Notes under the pieces: model-generated | What the model was told of the DNA's origin: nothing | What the model saw: the letters and a program-made list of their open reading frames with translations, nothing else | Databases searched by the model: none | Part shown: positions 24,101 to 36,231 of the stretch, piece by piece | How the letters are laid out: each line of letters starts with the position of its first letter | How positions within the stretch are numbered: the stretch's first letter is position 1 | Made by a program: the position numbers and the translations under genes | From: Nageia nagi | Lineage: Eukaryota > Plantae > Pinophyta | Reading direction: 5' to 3' | Length of the DNA: 64,000 nt | Assembly (NCBI GenBank): GCA_050084985.1 | Contig: JBITNC010000001.1 | Span: forward strand, 166,842,001-166,906,000

Positions 24101-26369
24101 TTTATTACCTCAATGTTTTAACAATACATCTATTCCATAATAATCTTTACAAGGCTTCTCATAGATAAATTACGTAGTATCCCTATGGAATACAACATAG
24201 GGCTCTTATTTGCAGAGATGTGATGTTGAATTCTAATATATTAAAAACATTGAGAATCTATTTGTGAAGGAAAAAGTAGGCCTAGTGAGTTCATTTGGAT
24301 GTTTGAAAACATACAAACAAACACAATAACTACATTACTAATCTTCCCAAGTGTTGGAATTCAAAGAACAAAGTTAAAAAGGGTTTTCATATATTTTTTC
24401 TCAAGCATAACTATAAATAGAAAATGTAGAGAAATTGGAGAAGGATTCATATGCCTCTCAGTGCTATTAACAAGGATAGACACATAGAGAAAGGATAATA
24501 ATCTAGCAAGGGTTCAAGAATTAAATTTTTTTATGGCATAAGAGACTTCCAAATTAAACACAAAGGTGAGTTAGAATCTATTCTATTGCATTCAGATCTA
24601 TGAAAGGGACAACATAGGTATTTCAAAATGTTTTCCTCATTGTATATAATCCTAAATGTTTGATTAGTCTTTAGTAACATTTTGAATCTATGCTTCCACT
24701 ATAGTTTACTTTATTTCCTAAAAGGATTTGAATGGGAAACAACCTTGAAGAACATTATCCTTTTGTATGAGGCATGTAATAGAACATAGTTCTCTATGAC
24801 ACCACTCAAAATAAACTATATAATTCCACTATCCTCTTGTTTACTATGCCATCCATGGATTATAAAAAAGAAAAGAATAATAATTGATATAAAAATGTAT
24901 GTTCTCGAGAGATAAGGAAGGTTTGGATTCCTTGCTATGCGAAACCTCTCATGAATGACATGGCATCAAGTGCATAGAAACTTGTATTTTCAACCAATAA
25001 AGTAATAGATATACATTATTCAATCATTGTACTTATTTCCAGTAGGATTTAAATGAAATTTAGTACTTTATTTCTCATTCCAAGATAAAAGTATGAAATT
25101 CACATGCAAAATAATAAAATCACTTTTCAAGGAAAATAATACTATTAATATTCATTAGCTTCATTAATATTTATTCTTAAACTCTATTCCTTTTTCTCAA
25201 CATATCCAATAATTTCAAAGAATCTTATCATATCTAGCCATTAACTAAATGAAGAGGAGAAAAATAAACTACACTTCTTTACTTTTAAGAGAAAAGACAA
25301 GGTACCAACCATCACATGCAATATATCATACAAATAACATGTCCTTTTCAAATTAACAAGAATTTTATCAAATAATCTTTCCATACCACAAACCAAGTAA
25401 GACTACTTTAACTAAGCATTTTAGCTTTATTGTATAAAATGCAAAAGAATGCACCTAGACTTGGAGAGGGAGAGACATTTTTTTTCTTCATGTAACTCTA
25501 CATCCAAAGCTTGAAAATAAAACTAATGAGATATTATATAGGTGTTTTCCTAATGTTCTACCCCTCCTATTTATAGCCAAGGAGGTTCTAGTATGTTGAA
25601 ATGAACGTCTCCTTATGCCTTCAATAATTTTTTGGGGTAGGTTTGATTAAAGTTGTTGATAATTGTAGTGGTATTAAATACTATGCTTTTTTTTATTAAC
25701 TAAAAAATTAGTGCCAACTATTACCCATAACTAATACAAGGAACCAAAATAGGTAGGGTCATAACTTAATTATTTTCATCAACTATTAAATATCTTGTAA
25801 CATCACAAAGTGACCGTAGTCCTTTCCAATTATATTATTTTAATTTTTACTTACTAATAACTATAAGTAAAAATTAAAATTCAAAATAAGAGAATATTCC
25901 TTGCCCTCCATATTTGAATTTAAATTGAGAAAATTCATAATAGAAAATCAACCACATATCTTACCTATGATGGTCGCCTCAATCTACAAGATAATTATTA
26001 ATCCACACACATCCATAAAAATACATTCATCATGAAAATTGACATTTATGACTAATTATTCTACCATGAAACTATATGATTTACGATGGCCATTAGGGTT
26101 TTTCAACAAATGAATGCAAATCATTTCTTCACTCTTACCCTTTTATTCTTATCACAAATTCACCTTTGGTTCCTTGGGTCTTTTCCACACTTTCCATCTT
26201 GGTTTAACCTATGACCTATGTCAAAACATTTTGAAAACAACATCAAACTAATACAAATAAGGCATATCACTATTCCAAACTCATCATCACATAGCTTAAT
26301 TCAAATTGAATCTCATTACGACCTTGATAGTATTTGAGTCTTAATAGTGTAATTGGATGGGTTATTATA
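21164..26369. mobile_element. Solo-LTR-like insertion (5.2 kb, possibly composite)
   Basis: Perfect TSD gtggg (21159-21163 and 26370-26374); termini tgtaatgcatcca... and ...tggatgggttattata (decayed CA); no coding motifs. Confidence 0.8.
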
Positions 26370-27826
26370 GTGGGGTTGAGAAAACTAGCCATGTTATGCC
26401 ACTCCCTTTGATCCCTTAACACCCTAAACATAGGGTCTACAATTATACTAAGTTGAGCCATAAAAATTTAAAAACTTAATACTCTATTTTTTAAAAATTT
26501 CAACATAATAATTTAAAATATAATTATAATACATATAACAAATTTAGTAAATTAAAAATAAAAGTACATAATTTGATTACTAGTTACATTAATTTATTTT
26601 TCAACAATTCAATAGATTCACATAATTATTTTTTAACTCTTCTCATATTTGCAATTAAAAAATTTAAAGAAGATCCAAACTTTATGAATGTAAAAATTCT
26701 ACAATAAGCAATTTTTACACAAATTTATTGGTTTTCTCTTTCAAAAGTAGAATAATTAGAAACCCCTTTTGCATTTCAAATCAATGAATCCAAATATGAA
26801 CTTTTTTGGAAAGTAAATGAAACTAGATTGTAATAAAACATAATGCCTCCTATTGATTTAATAATCTAGATTTCATTCCCAAATTGGATCATCAAACTAA
26901 ATATGCACACAAATTTACAATATATTTCTTTTAGAATAAAATTCAAAGAAATTTAAGAAGAAAACATATATTTTCTTTTCCAATGAAAATAAATGCATGA
27001 CTTAGAGAGCACTATTATTTTGTAAATAGAAACTCTTTTGCAATTATTTCCTTCTTTCCACCCCATAATGTAATCCAATTCTAAATCTAAAATGAGATAG
27101 CAACAATAATTCTAAAAATTTCAAACAAACCAACGTAAAAAGGATGAACCACAATAGTTGCAGAAAATTATTAAGGTTGCAGTTTCAAAAATAACCATCA
27201 AAACCCACAGGAGCATAAAACTAAAACAACTATTTTAAATATAGATTTTGATATTTATCTAAAAACCTAATTTTTTGGATAAATATAAATATATAGTATA
27301 TTATAGATACTTAATTTATTTTTTCTTCCAACTTTCAAAATAATTAAATATCTAATAAATACAATACATGTAGATATTAAATATGCTATATATTCATTTA
27401 CAATAATTATTTTTGTAGATCCAAAGTAAATAACTAAAACAATGGTAAAACATTTTTCACAAACACACATTGCCATGTATCAAAAGGGAAAAATATAGCT
27501 CTTTTCTATTAAGGCAATCTCTTCACTCTTTATCACACACAAACATAATAAAATGATGCATTCATATTTCCTTTATGGGTTGAGGCATCATTGTCATGTC
27601 CACTTTACATCCAATCAAGGGACCCACTCACTTGAGCATATGTTCCTATAAATACATAAATTCCAAGTAGTATTAAATGCACCAAAATATATATAATAAA
27701 CATTCATAATAAGGAAAGAACATAGAGACAAATGATCTCATAAGAATACTTTAAACACAAAGATACTTATCACAACATTATTCCAAATGTATAAAATAAT
27801 TTTAAGGGGAGGGTCACCACACTATT

Positions 27827-28820
27827 TATTATCTTAATACTCTCATATTTTACTAGACTTGTATGGCTACATACATATAAAAACACTAATAAATATGATA
27901 AGATCTAGACCTAAGTCCAAGTGTTTCAATTATTCAAATAGTTTGATGCATTCCTTTCTATAACCATTTCTTATATATCTTGTAATAATTGCACTCCATG
28001 AAATCATTCATTAATAATACATCTTGTGGAATAAATTTCTTACTATACTTCCTTTCCACCATAATAAGAAATTGGCAATTGCTTTAGGGCTATTAAAAAT
28101 ATCCTCTCACATAACCATTCAAGTTATGAAGAACCTTTGACCATGTGGTGACTTCCACCTTGTAAAATATTTTATGTAATAAAATATGATTACATTTTAT
28201 CTAGTTATAATTCATGAATTCTATAGGAAACCAAGAAAACAAGTCCATGCTAAAGGTGTTTTTGCATACTATTTCTAATTTTATTTTTTCATAATGCCTA
28301 TTTTCAAAAAAACCCTTCATATCTTAGTGCTCCAACATTCTACATTCATGTATATCAAAGTTGTTATCATAATTGCATATGAAGACAACCTACATGTAAT
28401 AACCATTCATGGATTTAAAGTATTAATAGACTTATTTTACTATACTTGCATGGGTACATAAAAATAATAGTCTAATAAATGTAACATATTATATATTAAT
28501 GTTGATATATTCCATTTATTCAAATAGTTTGATGGCTTTCTTCCAACAATACTTCCTTTCATATCCTACAATAATTGTAGTCCATGAAATTATTTGCTCA
28601 TAAAACATCTTATCAAATAAAACCCTTACCATATTAATTATACTACATTTTGCATACATATCTATTAGGGTTATTCTTATAATTACATATGAAAGAAACT
28701 TAAATCTAGGAATAATTCATGGATTTGAAGTATTGATAACCTTTTTTCATTATAGATTCATGGTTGTATGTAAATAATATAATAGTCAATGTAACATTAT
28801 CTAGATTAATATCCAATATG
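27827..28820. repeat. Ancient degenerate ~300-bp repeat family (host background), also at 1791-1910
   Basis: ttcaaatagtttgatg block at ~1800, ~27932 and ~28520; ataattgcatatgaa..cattcatggatttaaagtatt block at ~28360 and ~28670. Confidence 0.7.
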
Positions 28821-29028
28821 TAGATAATACATCGATAAATGGGTATATATTTAACAAATAAAAAATTACACTTTTCAAGAACTTGATGGCCTTTTTACAT
28901 GATTTAATGATTTTCTATGATAGAAAAATGAGGTATGAATGGATCAAGTTTCTAGTATAATTTCAATATGAAAATAATATCATAGAAATTGAAGACTTCA
29001 ACATCAACAAACTTATGCTAATAGGTTG

Positions 29029-29787
29029 TGTAGATAAGAAATTGTGATTTAGAGTAATAAAATACATTAAATACAAATCTATAATATAATGTGCAAATCA
29101 ATTATCAAGGCTATTTGAATAAAAATAAGAAATTATGCACCTAACATGAGAAGTAAGAAATCCTCAAGATATTGCATTATTATGCAAGGAATTTGATAGA
29201 ATTTGGGATGAAGCAAGAAGGATATTTGAATAACCTAGATCAATGCTTGACATCCTCCAAATCTATAGCTCTAAATCACAAAGAAGCATCATATGGTTAT
29301 CATATCAGTAGTCTCCTTCACTCTATGGATGTTGTGGGATTCGCAATATAAAAGCATGTAATAGATATATAATATAATATAAAGCTTAGAGTATAACAAG
29401 TTCTTAGATAGGTAGCATCAAAAGACATTGTTGTATAGTGTAGCCAATGTATGGGAAACCACCTATCAAAGAAATTTGATAGGGGTTATTATGTTGTATT
29501 CCTCCTTTTATAACTACAAGGAAATAAAAGAGAGTGAGTGATAACATGGAATAATAATAATATTTTCCATAGAATTATAGAATAAGATGCAATATTAGTG
29601 ACATTCTCAAGATAATTCTATATATAAACATGATTAAGAGATATTATCCTTGATAAGCATATGTTTAGTATCTAATTAGCACATTAGTATTGATATTATA
29701 GATATTTGTATGATTTAAATAATATATAGCTTATATAATCAAATTATGATTTATTAATAAATAATAAATTAGTTTTAGGTGTGTACA
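29029..29787 (-). repeat. 3' LTR of non-autonomous element
   Basis: tgtagataag...ggtgtgtaca; colinear with 32947-33705. Confidence 0.88.
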
Positions 29788-32700
29788 TTTTCCCTTCTTT
29801 AGATATGTAATGAAAAGAATTAAAATTACATAATCCAAAGGATGAAACAAAAGCATAAATTTTTTTTTAACTAAATTTAAAGAGTACTTCTCTAAATGGT
29901 TTATGGATTTCACCAACTTATTACCTCCTCCATGCCCCCTTTTTGACTTGGTTTCCCAAGAAAAATCCATGGATGGGAAAACTATGACAAAAATAGATTG
30001 TAATAGATAACTTGCAAACTATAAAAGAACATACCCATATAGATCATATCTTACAAAAAAATATAAAATTTTAAAATCAAAGATATAATAGAACTTGATT
30101 ATGATAATATAAAATTTTACCTATACATCCACAAGAAAATGGGTGCTTTTTACTCCAAAGCATTAGGGGTATTTGATGCTAGAACACATGGTTGTATGGA
30201 TGTTTTATGCACTAAAAGATACAAAAAGTGGCATGTGAATCTTTTATTGATTAAAATATACCAAAAATATCTACATGGATCTTTTCAACATCAAAAAATA
30301 CCAAAAATGACTACATGATCTATGAGTTTAAATAGAATCATACTCATAGAAGTTCCATGGCTTCTAAAAACATCATGAGTAGAACATGTATTGTATTTGA
30401 AATATAATCACGAAGAAATTACATGCTAGATATAAGAAAAAATCCATATTTTCAAATTAAATAGTGGTATTAGCTTTTTAGATACATAATTTTTGAGAAA
30501 TATATTGATCTACATGATGTGAATGCCATGATTTCATTCTATGCACAACACAAACACCCTTAATTTTGTATGATTTTCAAGAATAATATTTTATAATTTT
30601 CTTATAACTTATAAATATATAAAATAAGAAAGTTTAAGATGGTATACTATACTTGCACTTACCTATGTGCCCCTAAAATGGGTTACTTTAAATTGATTTA
30701 CATGACATGGGTACCATGAATACTAAATTGTTATGATGTGGATGCCCCTTTGATTGATAATATGAACCATGATTTTTGAAATCCTAAATAATATGATACT
30801 AAATTCTTGCTCTATTTTTTTTTTTTTTTTTTAATTTTAAACTCTAAATTTTTCATTTTGACTCTGATATGTGACTTCTTTCCTACTCCCAACTGAAACT
30901 AAAGCTACCCTTAGTTGAATTATTTCTAACTTTGAATCTTCCCCCAAATGAAACTACCCCCAATTAATACTAAATATATCATATTATGATTCTAATTCAT
31001 GTACATATCCTTATATTGAACCTTCTTTTATTTTTGATTTTTTAGTTTTTTTTGCAAGCTCATGGATACCATTAGTTTTTAGATTTTTTATGAGATGTAA
31101 TAATTAGACACAAGACTAATCTAGATATGAAATATTTACATGGAAAATTTGGTAATTTTAATGGAATCTATAAAAAAACTTAATTAAAGAAGAAGACTTG
31201 ATGAAATGATGAGGATGAAAAGATATAAAAATAAAAGAAGCAATAGAAAGTGATTTAGAAGTGCATTCTAATATAAAGTGCAAGCTTATATGAGATGCAT
31301 TATATCTTATATTAATGCAATCTTTTTTTAACACATTATAATGTTTTATTTTTATGAGCATTTATTATTAATTTCTTAATCCAATTATTTGTTTTAATTA
31401 ATATAATTTGGTAAACTAAATACTTTTTACATGATTTGATATCATCCATAAAGTAATCAAGGAATTCCATTTTGATTTGATATTCCTCAGGGTACCAATA
31501 TACTTATTTTCTAAATTGTTGTAACTGAATATTGATTGGATCTAATTGAAATGAAATATGTTCATACTTGTTTGTAAGTTGATCATATTTTGCTATATTT
31601 TCTTTTTATTTATGAGATGGATCTATGGCATTGACGCTATGTTTGCAAATTTATATAGTACAAGCACCATTATGTTTTAAGATATATTGACCTTAATTTG
31701 TACTGATTAATCTATTTTTACTAGAATAGTGATGTTCCTAATTTTCATGACTACTTAAGGAATATTTTCTTTGATTTAACTGCATACAATGATTTTTTAT
31801 ACAAGGTTTTTCTAATAATAACTCTAGTTCCAATTTGAAATATCCACCATTCACATATTCATGATATTTCTTAGCTAGCTCTAGATCTATGTTAATGCCT
31901 AATAACAAAGAATGATTGAATAACATATGCTATTTGATTTTATTTAATTGACTCTCAAATATTAATTTTTCTAATGCAATATCATACACTTCATATTTAT
32001 CCATAGTATCATTTATATATGGCTCATAATTTATATCACTAGTATAATCATCATCATCAATATTAGAATCATTATCACATTAATGATTATCTATGGGTGT
32101 CATATCATTATATTTGAGCATTTCTATATCTTGATTCACTCTAGGTATTTCTTATTTTGCAAGAAATCCAAATGTCCCACCTAGTATATTGTATAATCTA
32201 TAAAAGAACCTCTTGAAGCCAAATAAAATTCAAGATCTAGAATTTGCTAGAAAATAAAAGAAATATGAAGATATGTGTAACTTTATAATATAAAAATAAA
32301 AAATAAGTTGATAGCATGTATACCTATGATGTGGGACAAATTTTATGACACTATAATTTCTAAAATTCAAGAAAATAATCTTAAAAATATATTGTTTTAT
32401 GCAAAAATGTTTTATTTGAAAATTGAAAAAGTCTATAAATCTTAATAAAAATGCATGCAATAAATTCAAATTAATATCAAAAAGTTGTCTACTATAATAA
32501 CCTATGATTTTGGTATGTTTTTATCATGAAACAAGTCACCAAATAATTGCAAAATAATTTCAAAATTTAGGATTTTTGAATGTGATGTTTTTTGCAAAAA
32601 ATATCTCAAAATTAACCAAAATATACAAATATAGGCTTATAAAAATTATAAACATTTTCCAATTATATTTATCTATTATTTGGAAAAACATTTCTAATGC

Positions 32701-32946
32701 TAGATCTCACCAAATTGAATAAAATGATCCCTAAAATCTAGTTTTTTACTAGAAAATATTTTTCTAAAAAATAAAATTTTCTTAATTTTTTTAATGATTT
32801 TTAAGTAATAAAATTTTCTAAATTTGTGAAAAAATTTAAATGAAAAATAAAATAAACTCAAGGATTTTCAAAGAAAGACTACACAAAAAAATGATGCCCT
32901 AAAATAAAGATTCTAAGGTTTGTAAGATCATTTGAGTTCACTAATA

Positions 32947-33705
32947 TGTAGATACTAAATTATGATTTACAATAATAAAATATAGTAAATACAAATATAC
33001 AATATAATGTACAAATCACTTATCAAGGCTACCTAAATAAAACTAAGAAAGTGTGTAGCTAATATGGGAAGTAAGACACCCTCAAAATATGGCATGATAT
33101 GTAGAGAATTGGATCAAATTTGGGATAAATCATTAAGGATATTCAAATGACCCAAAAAAATGCTTAACATTATCCAAATTTGTAGCTTTTGATCATAAAA
33201 AAGCATAGCATGGCCACCATGTCAGTGTTCTCCTTCACTTTGTGGATGTTATGAGATTCATAGTATGAAAGCATGTAACAAAGATAGAATGTAATATAAA
33301 GCTCAAAGCATAATAAATTCTCATATATGTGGTATTAAGAGACACCATTGTGTAGTGTAGTTGATGTATAGAAAACCACCTATTAGAGAAATCAGATAGG
33401 GGTTATTGTGTTGTATGCCTCCTTTCATAGCTGCAAGGATATAAAAGAGAGTGAGAGCCAACTGTGGAATAATAATAGTCATTTTGATATAATTATATAA
33501 GAACTTGCAATACTAATGATATTTTCAAGATAATTCAAGATATAAATATGATTAAGATATATTAGCCTTGATTAGCACATGTTTAGCATTTAATTAGCAT
33601 ATTAGTCTTGATATTATAGATATTCACATGATTTAAATAATATATGTATTAGATAAGTAAAATATGATTTCTTAATAAATAATAAATCATTTTTAGATGT
33701 CTACA
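32947..33705 (-). repeat. 5' LTR of non-autonomous element
   Basis: tgtagatac...gatgtctaca. Confidence 0.88.
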
Positions 33706-34099
33706 GGTTAGTTATCTTACTTTCAAGAATACTTACTAGTGTAGTGATAATCAAACCAACATATAGAATGCTTTCTAGTGATATGTAAAATGCTATCTCT
33801 CCATTAGATATCCTAAGGTAAAACCTATATTACTTTCAAAAAATTAATACTAATTAGCAATTTATTGGAGTATCCATGTTCCATAAATAGTTGAAGGTAA
33901 ATAAAAAGGAAATAGCAATAATAAATAATGATGAAAATATATTTTGTATTAATATATCATATTATTACATAAGCATTATTTTTGTTTGGATATAATTGGC
34001 ATGAAAAGCTTCATAAATAACAATAGAGGTTAGTGGAGTTGATTTAATGCTTGCAAGCATGTGAATGTTTTACCATTGTTAAAGATGTATAAAAGTTCT

Positions 34100-34118
34100 T
34101 TATATATATATATATATA
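34100..34118. repeat. (TA)n microsatellite
   Basis: Direct reading. Confidence 0.9.
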
Positions 34119-34242
34119 GCATTGGGTGTGTAAACTATGGGTGGTATTAGTATTTCAAAATATAGTAGAGGAGAAGGCTACCAAGAACATGAAGACAAAG
34201 AAGGTATTATAGAAATTTATTAGTATCATAAAAATATGGTGA

Positions 34243-34300
34243 GCCTTTGTGAATGTTGCTCTAATCCATTGTGAATAGTAGGAGAAGCACTCACAAAGGT
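34243..34300. repeat. Short imperfect palindrome/hairpin
   Basis: gcctttgtgaatgttgctct pairs with ggagaagcactcacaaaggt. Confidence 0.75.
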
Positions 34301-35791
34301 GTTTTATCTATTTCTAGTATAAATTAAGCTCCAAAATTCAATATCCTAGAAATCTTCTTCCTCTATATCACTTTGAAAATCCTTTTCTATGATCCTAAAT
34401 ATTTCTTCTATGTAATATGTGTTTTTTGGTAGTATATTGAAGAAATTAAAACAAATTATTCAAATGTAGCTATTCATATATGCAGGTATCCAGTAATAAT
34501 GGTTTTTAATAAATAATATACATAATATAGTTCCTTTACATTTCATTCTTAAGGATTATCCATGAATGTACATGTCCTATTTTAAAGCTTAAAAAGTTGC
34601 ATATACAACCAAAATACATATATGCTGATGAGTTGTAGAAATGTATAGTTTGTAAGACTATTTTGATGGACTTAAATTTACTTTTAAAGTGCATAAACAC
34701 TCCTATAGCCTATGTTTTCACCCAAATATAATGCTTATTTATGGTTTGATGAATGAATGTATTTTAATATGAAAATATACATTTTATATCCTTTATGCAT
34801 GTATTTCCTTAGATATTTTGTAGTATGATTTATATCCATGATAAAATGACTCTATATCAAGGTGTTGGAATATGATTGCAATGGTTCACAACATGACTTA
34901 ACCTTGAAGAAATATAATTTACCTATAATGGTTGGCAATGAAGTTTGTCACTAGTGGAAATATGAGCTATTAGCAAGTTCTACATGCAAGACATATTCAT
35001 AAATGTGGATGCATTTGTAATGGCCTATAGGTGGATTCTCATCCACCTTCAAGCCATTATTCCTTCACAAGTTCTTAACTATTGATTATTGATTCACCTA
35101 TATGGTTAAATCTATTTTAGAGAGGCATATAAATAAACCATGTAGAGATCCTTGTATGAATCAAAATCCATCATTTATTACATGAATATATAAATAATTT
35201 AAAATATGATAAGCTAAAGAAACAAAAATGGAAGAAGTGATTAATTATTTGTAACTATTTATATTCTTTAGGTTATTAATCATATTAGTATAAAATATAA
35301 TAGTCTCAAAGATAATGGAAAAATATGAACTAGAGAATCAAGCATATGCAATACTAATTATTTGGATGAGAATTCTAGAATAGTAGCATTTAATACTTTT
35401 CAAATCAATAAAGAGCATATTTCCTTTTGTGTTTCTTAGTATCTCTTAAGATAAATTTAACTTTGGTTTAGGCACAGATCCACCTACACCTTAGTTGAAT
35501 AAGGTATTCTAATTATTCTTTTTAAGTTTTATTTTATATTATTTGTGTTGAAGTGTGTAGATTTCATAGTCATATATCATGATCTCCATAAAGAATGTGT
35601 CTTTCCTAAAAGATTGTATTCTATTGTTGGCTATTTATTTTAATATTTAGAATCCTTTGAGTTTAAATAGTTTGATTTCATTTCTTCTCAAAAGTTGAGT
35701 TATTTTTAGCATTGTGGTTTGATAGAATAGAATCTCTTTTTAACATTATTCATTATTTTCCATAGAATTATATCCTTGTTTTCAAAGTTAT

Positions 35792-36231
35792 TGAAATAAT
35801 ATTTAGGAATTGAGCACTCACTAACATGATTCATTCAACAAATTTGAATTATAATTTATATGACCATAATGAGTAACTAATTTAAGCTCCTAGAGGTTAT
35901 AATTTTGACCAAAAATGAATGCTATGGAAAGTTACATAAATACACTAAAAATCTATTGTAATTTGTTAAATGGGAGTTACATTCATATTTTGGACCACTC
36001 TCCTATCATCCTAGACAAGTAATAGACCCTACAAGAATATGCAACAAGGAAAAAATGAGCAAAAATCATTAAATATTTGTAACTATCCAAAATAGTGACA
36101 AAATGCAGGGGGTCTTCTAGAAATGTAGTTGCATTTTAGAAATGTGATGGGTAGGAATAAAACATGATTGCATTTTGAAATAAGGATGAAATGCAACCAC
36201 ATTTCATATTGGAAATTTCTCAAACCATAAT
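35792..36231 (-). repeat. Copia 3' LTR (inner end and PPT deleted)
   Basis: Matches 40467-~40872, then runs directly into the RNase H C-terminus. Confidence 0.85.

Larger units (their letters stand above)
3666..27821 (-). mobile_element. Ty3/gypsy chromovirus (Tekay/Del-like), full-length, decayed, with nested insertions
   Basis: Two ~3-kb homologous LTRs, PBS-Met, PPT, gag-PR-RT-RH-INT-chromodomain order on the minus strand, near-perfect TSD caatt (3661-3665)/ctatt (27822-27826). Confidence 0.9.
19543..27821 (-). repeat. 5' LTR of Tekay-like element, split by the insertion at 21164-26369
   Basis: 19543-21163 and 26370-27821 match 3666-6738; ends gggtcaccaca. Confidence 0.9.
29029..33705 (-). 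mobile_element. Non-autonomous LTR retrotransposon (4.7 kb, no recognisable gag/RT)
   Basis: ~760-bp LTRs with TGTA..TACA ends; TSD ggttg (29024-29028)/ggtta (33706-33710); PPT aaagaagggaaaa on - (29788-29800); decayed PBS candidate 32926-32943. Confidence 0.85.

Noticed and set aside
24775-24790. 16-mer tgtaatagaacatagt identical to 5775-5790
   Set aside because: Flanks do not align; not distinguishable from chance in AT-rich DNA without statistics.
23940-25802. Separate nested solo LTR inside 21164-26369
   Set aside because: Candidate TG/CA ends gave no matching TSD, so it is not called as a feature.
34470-34510. Possible splice acceptor (tgcag) of a host exon
   Set aside because: No convincing exon frame, donor site or homology; the motif is common by chance.
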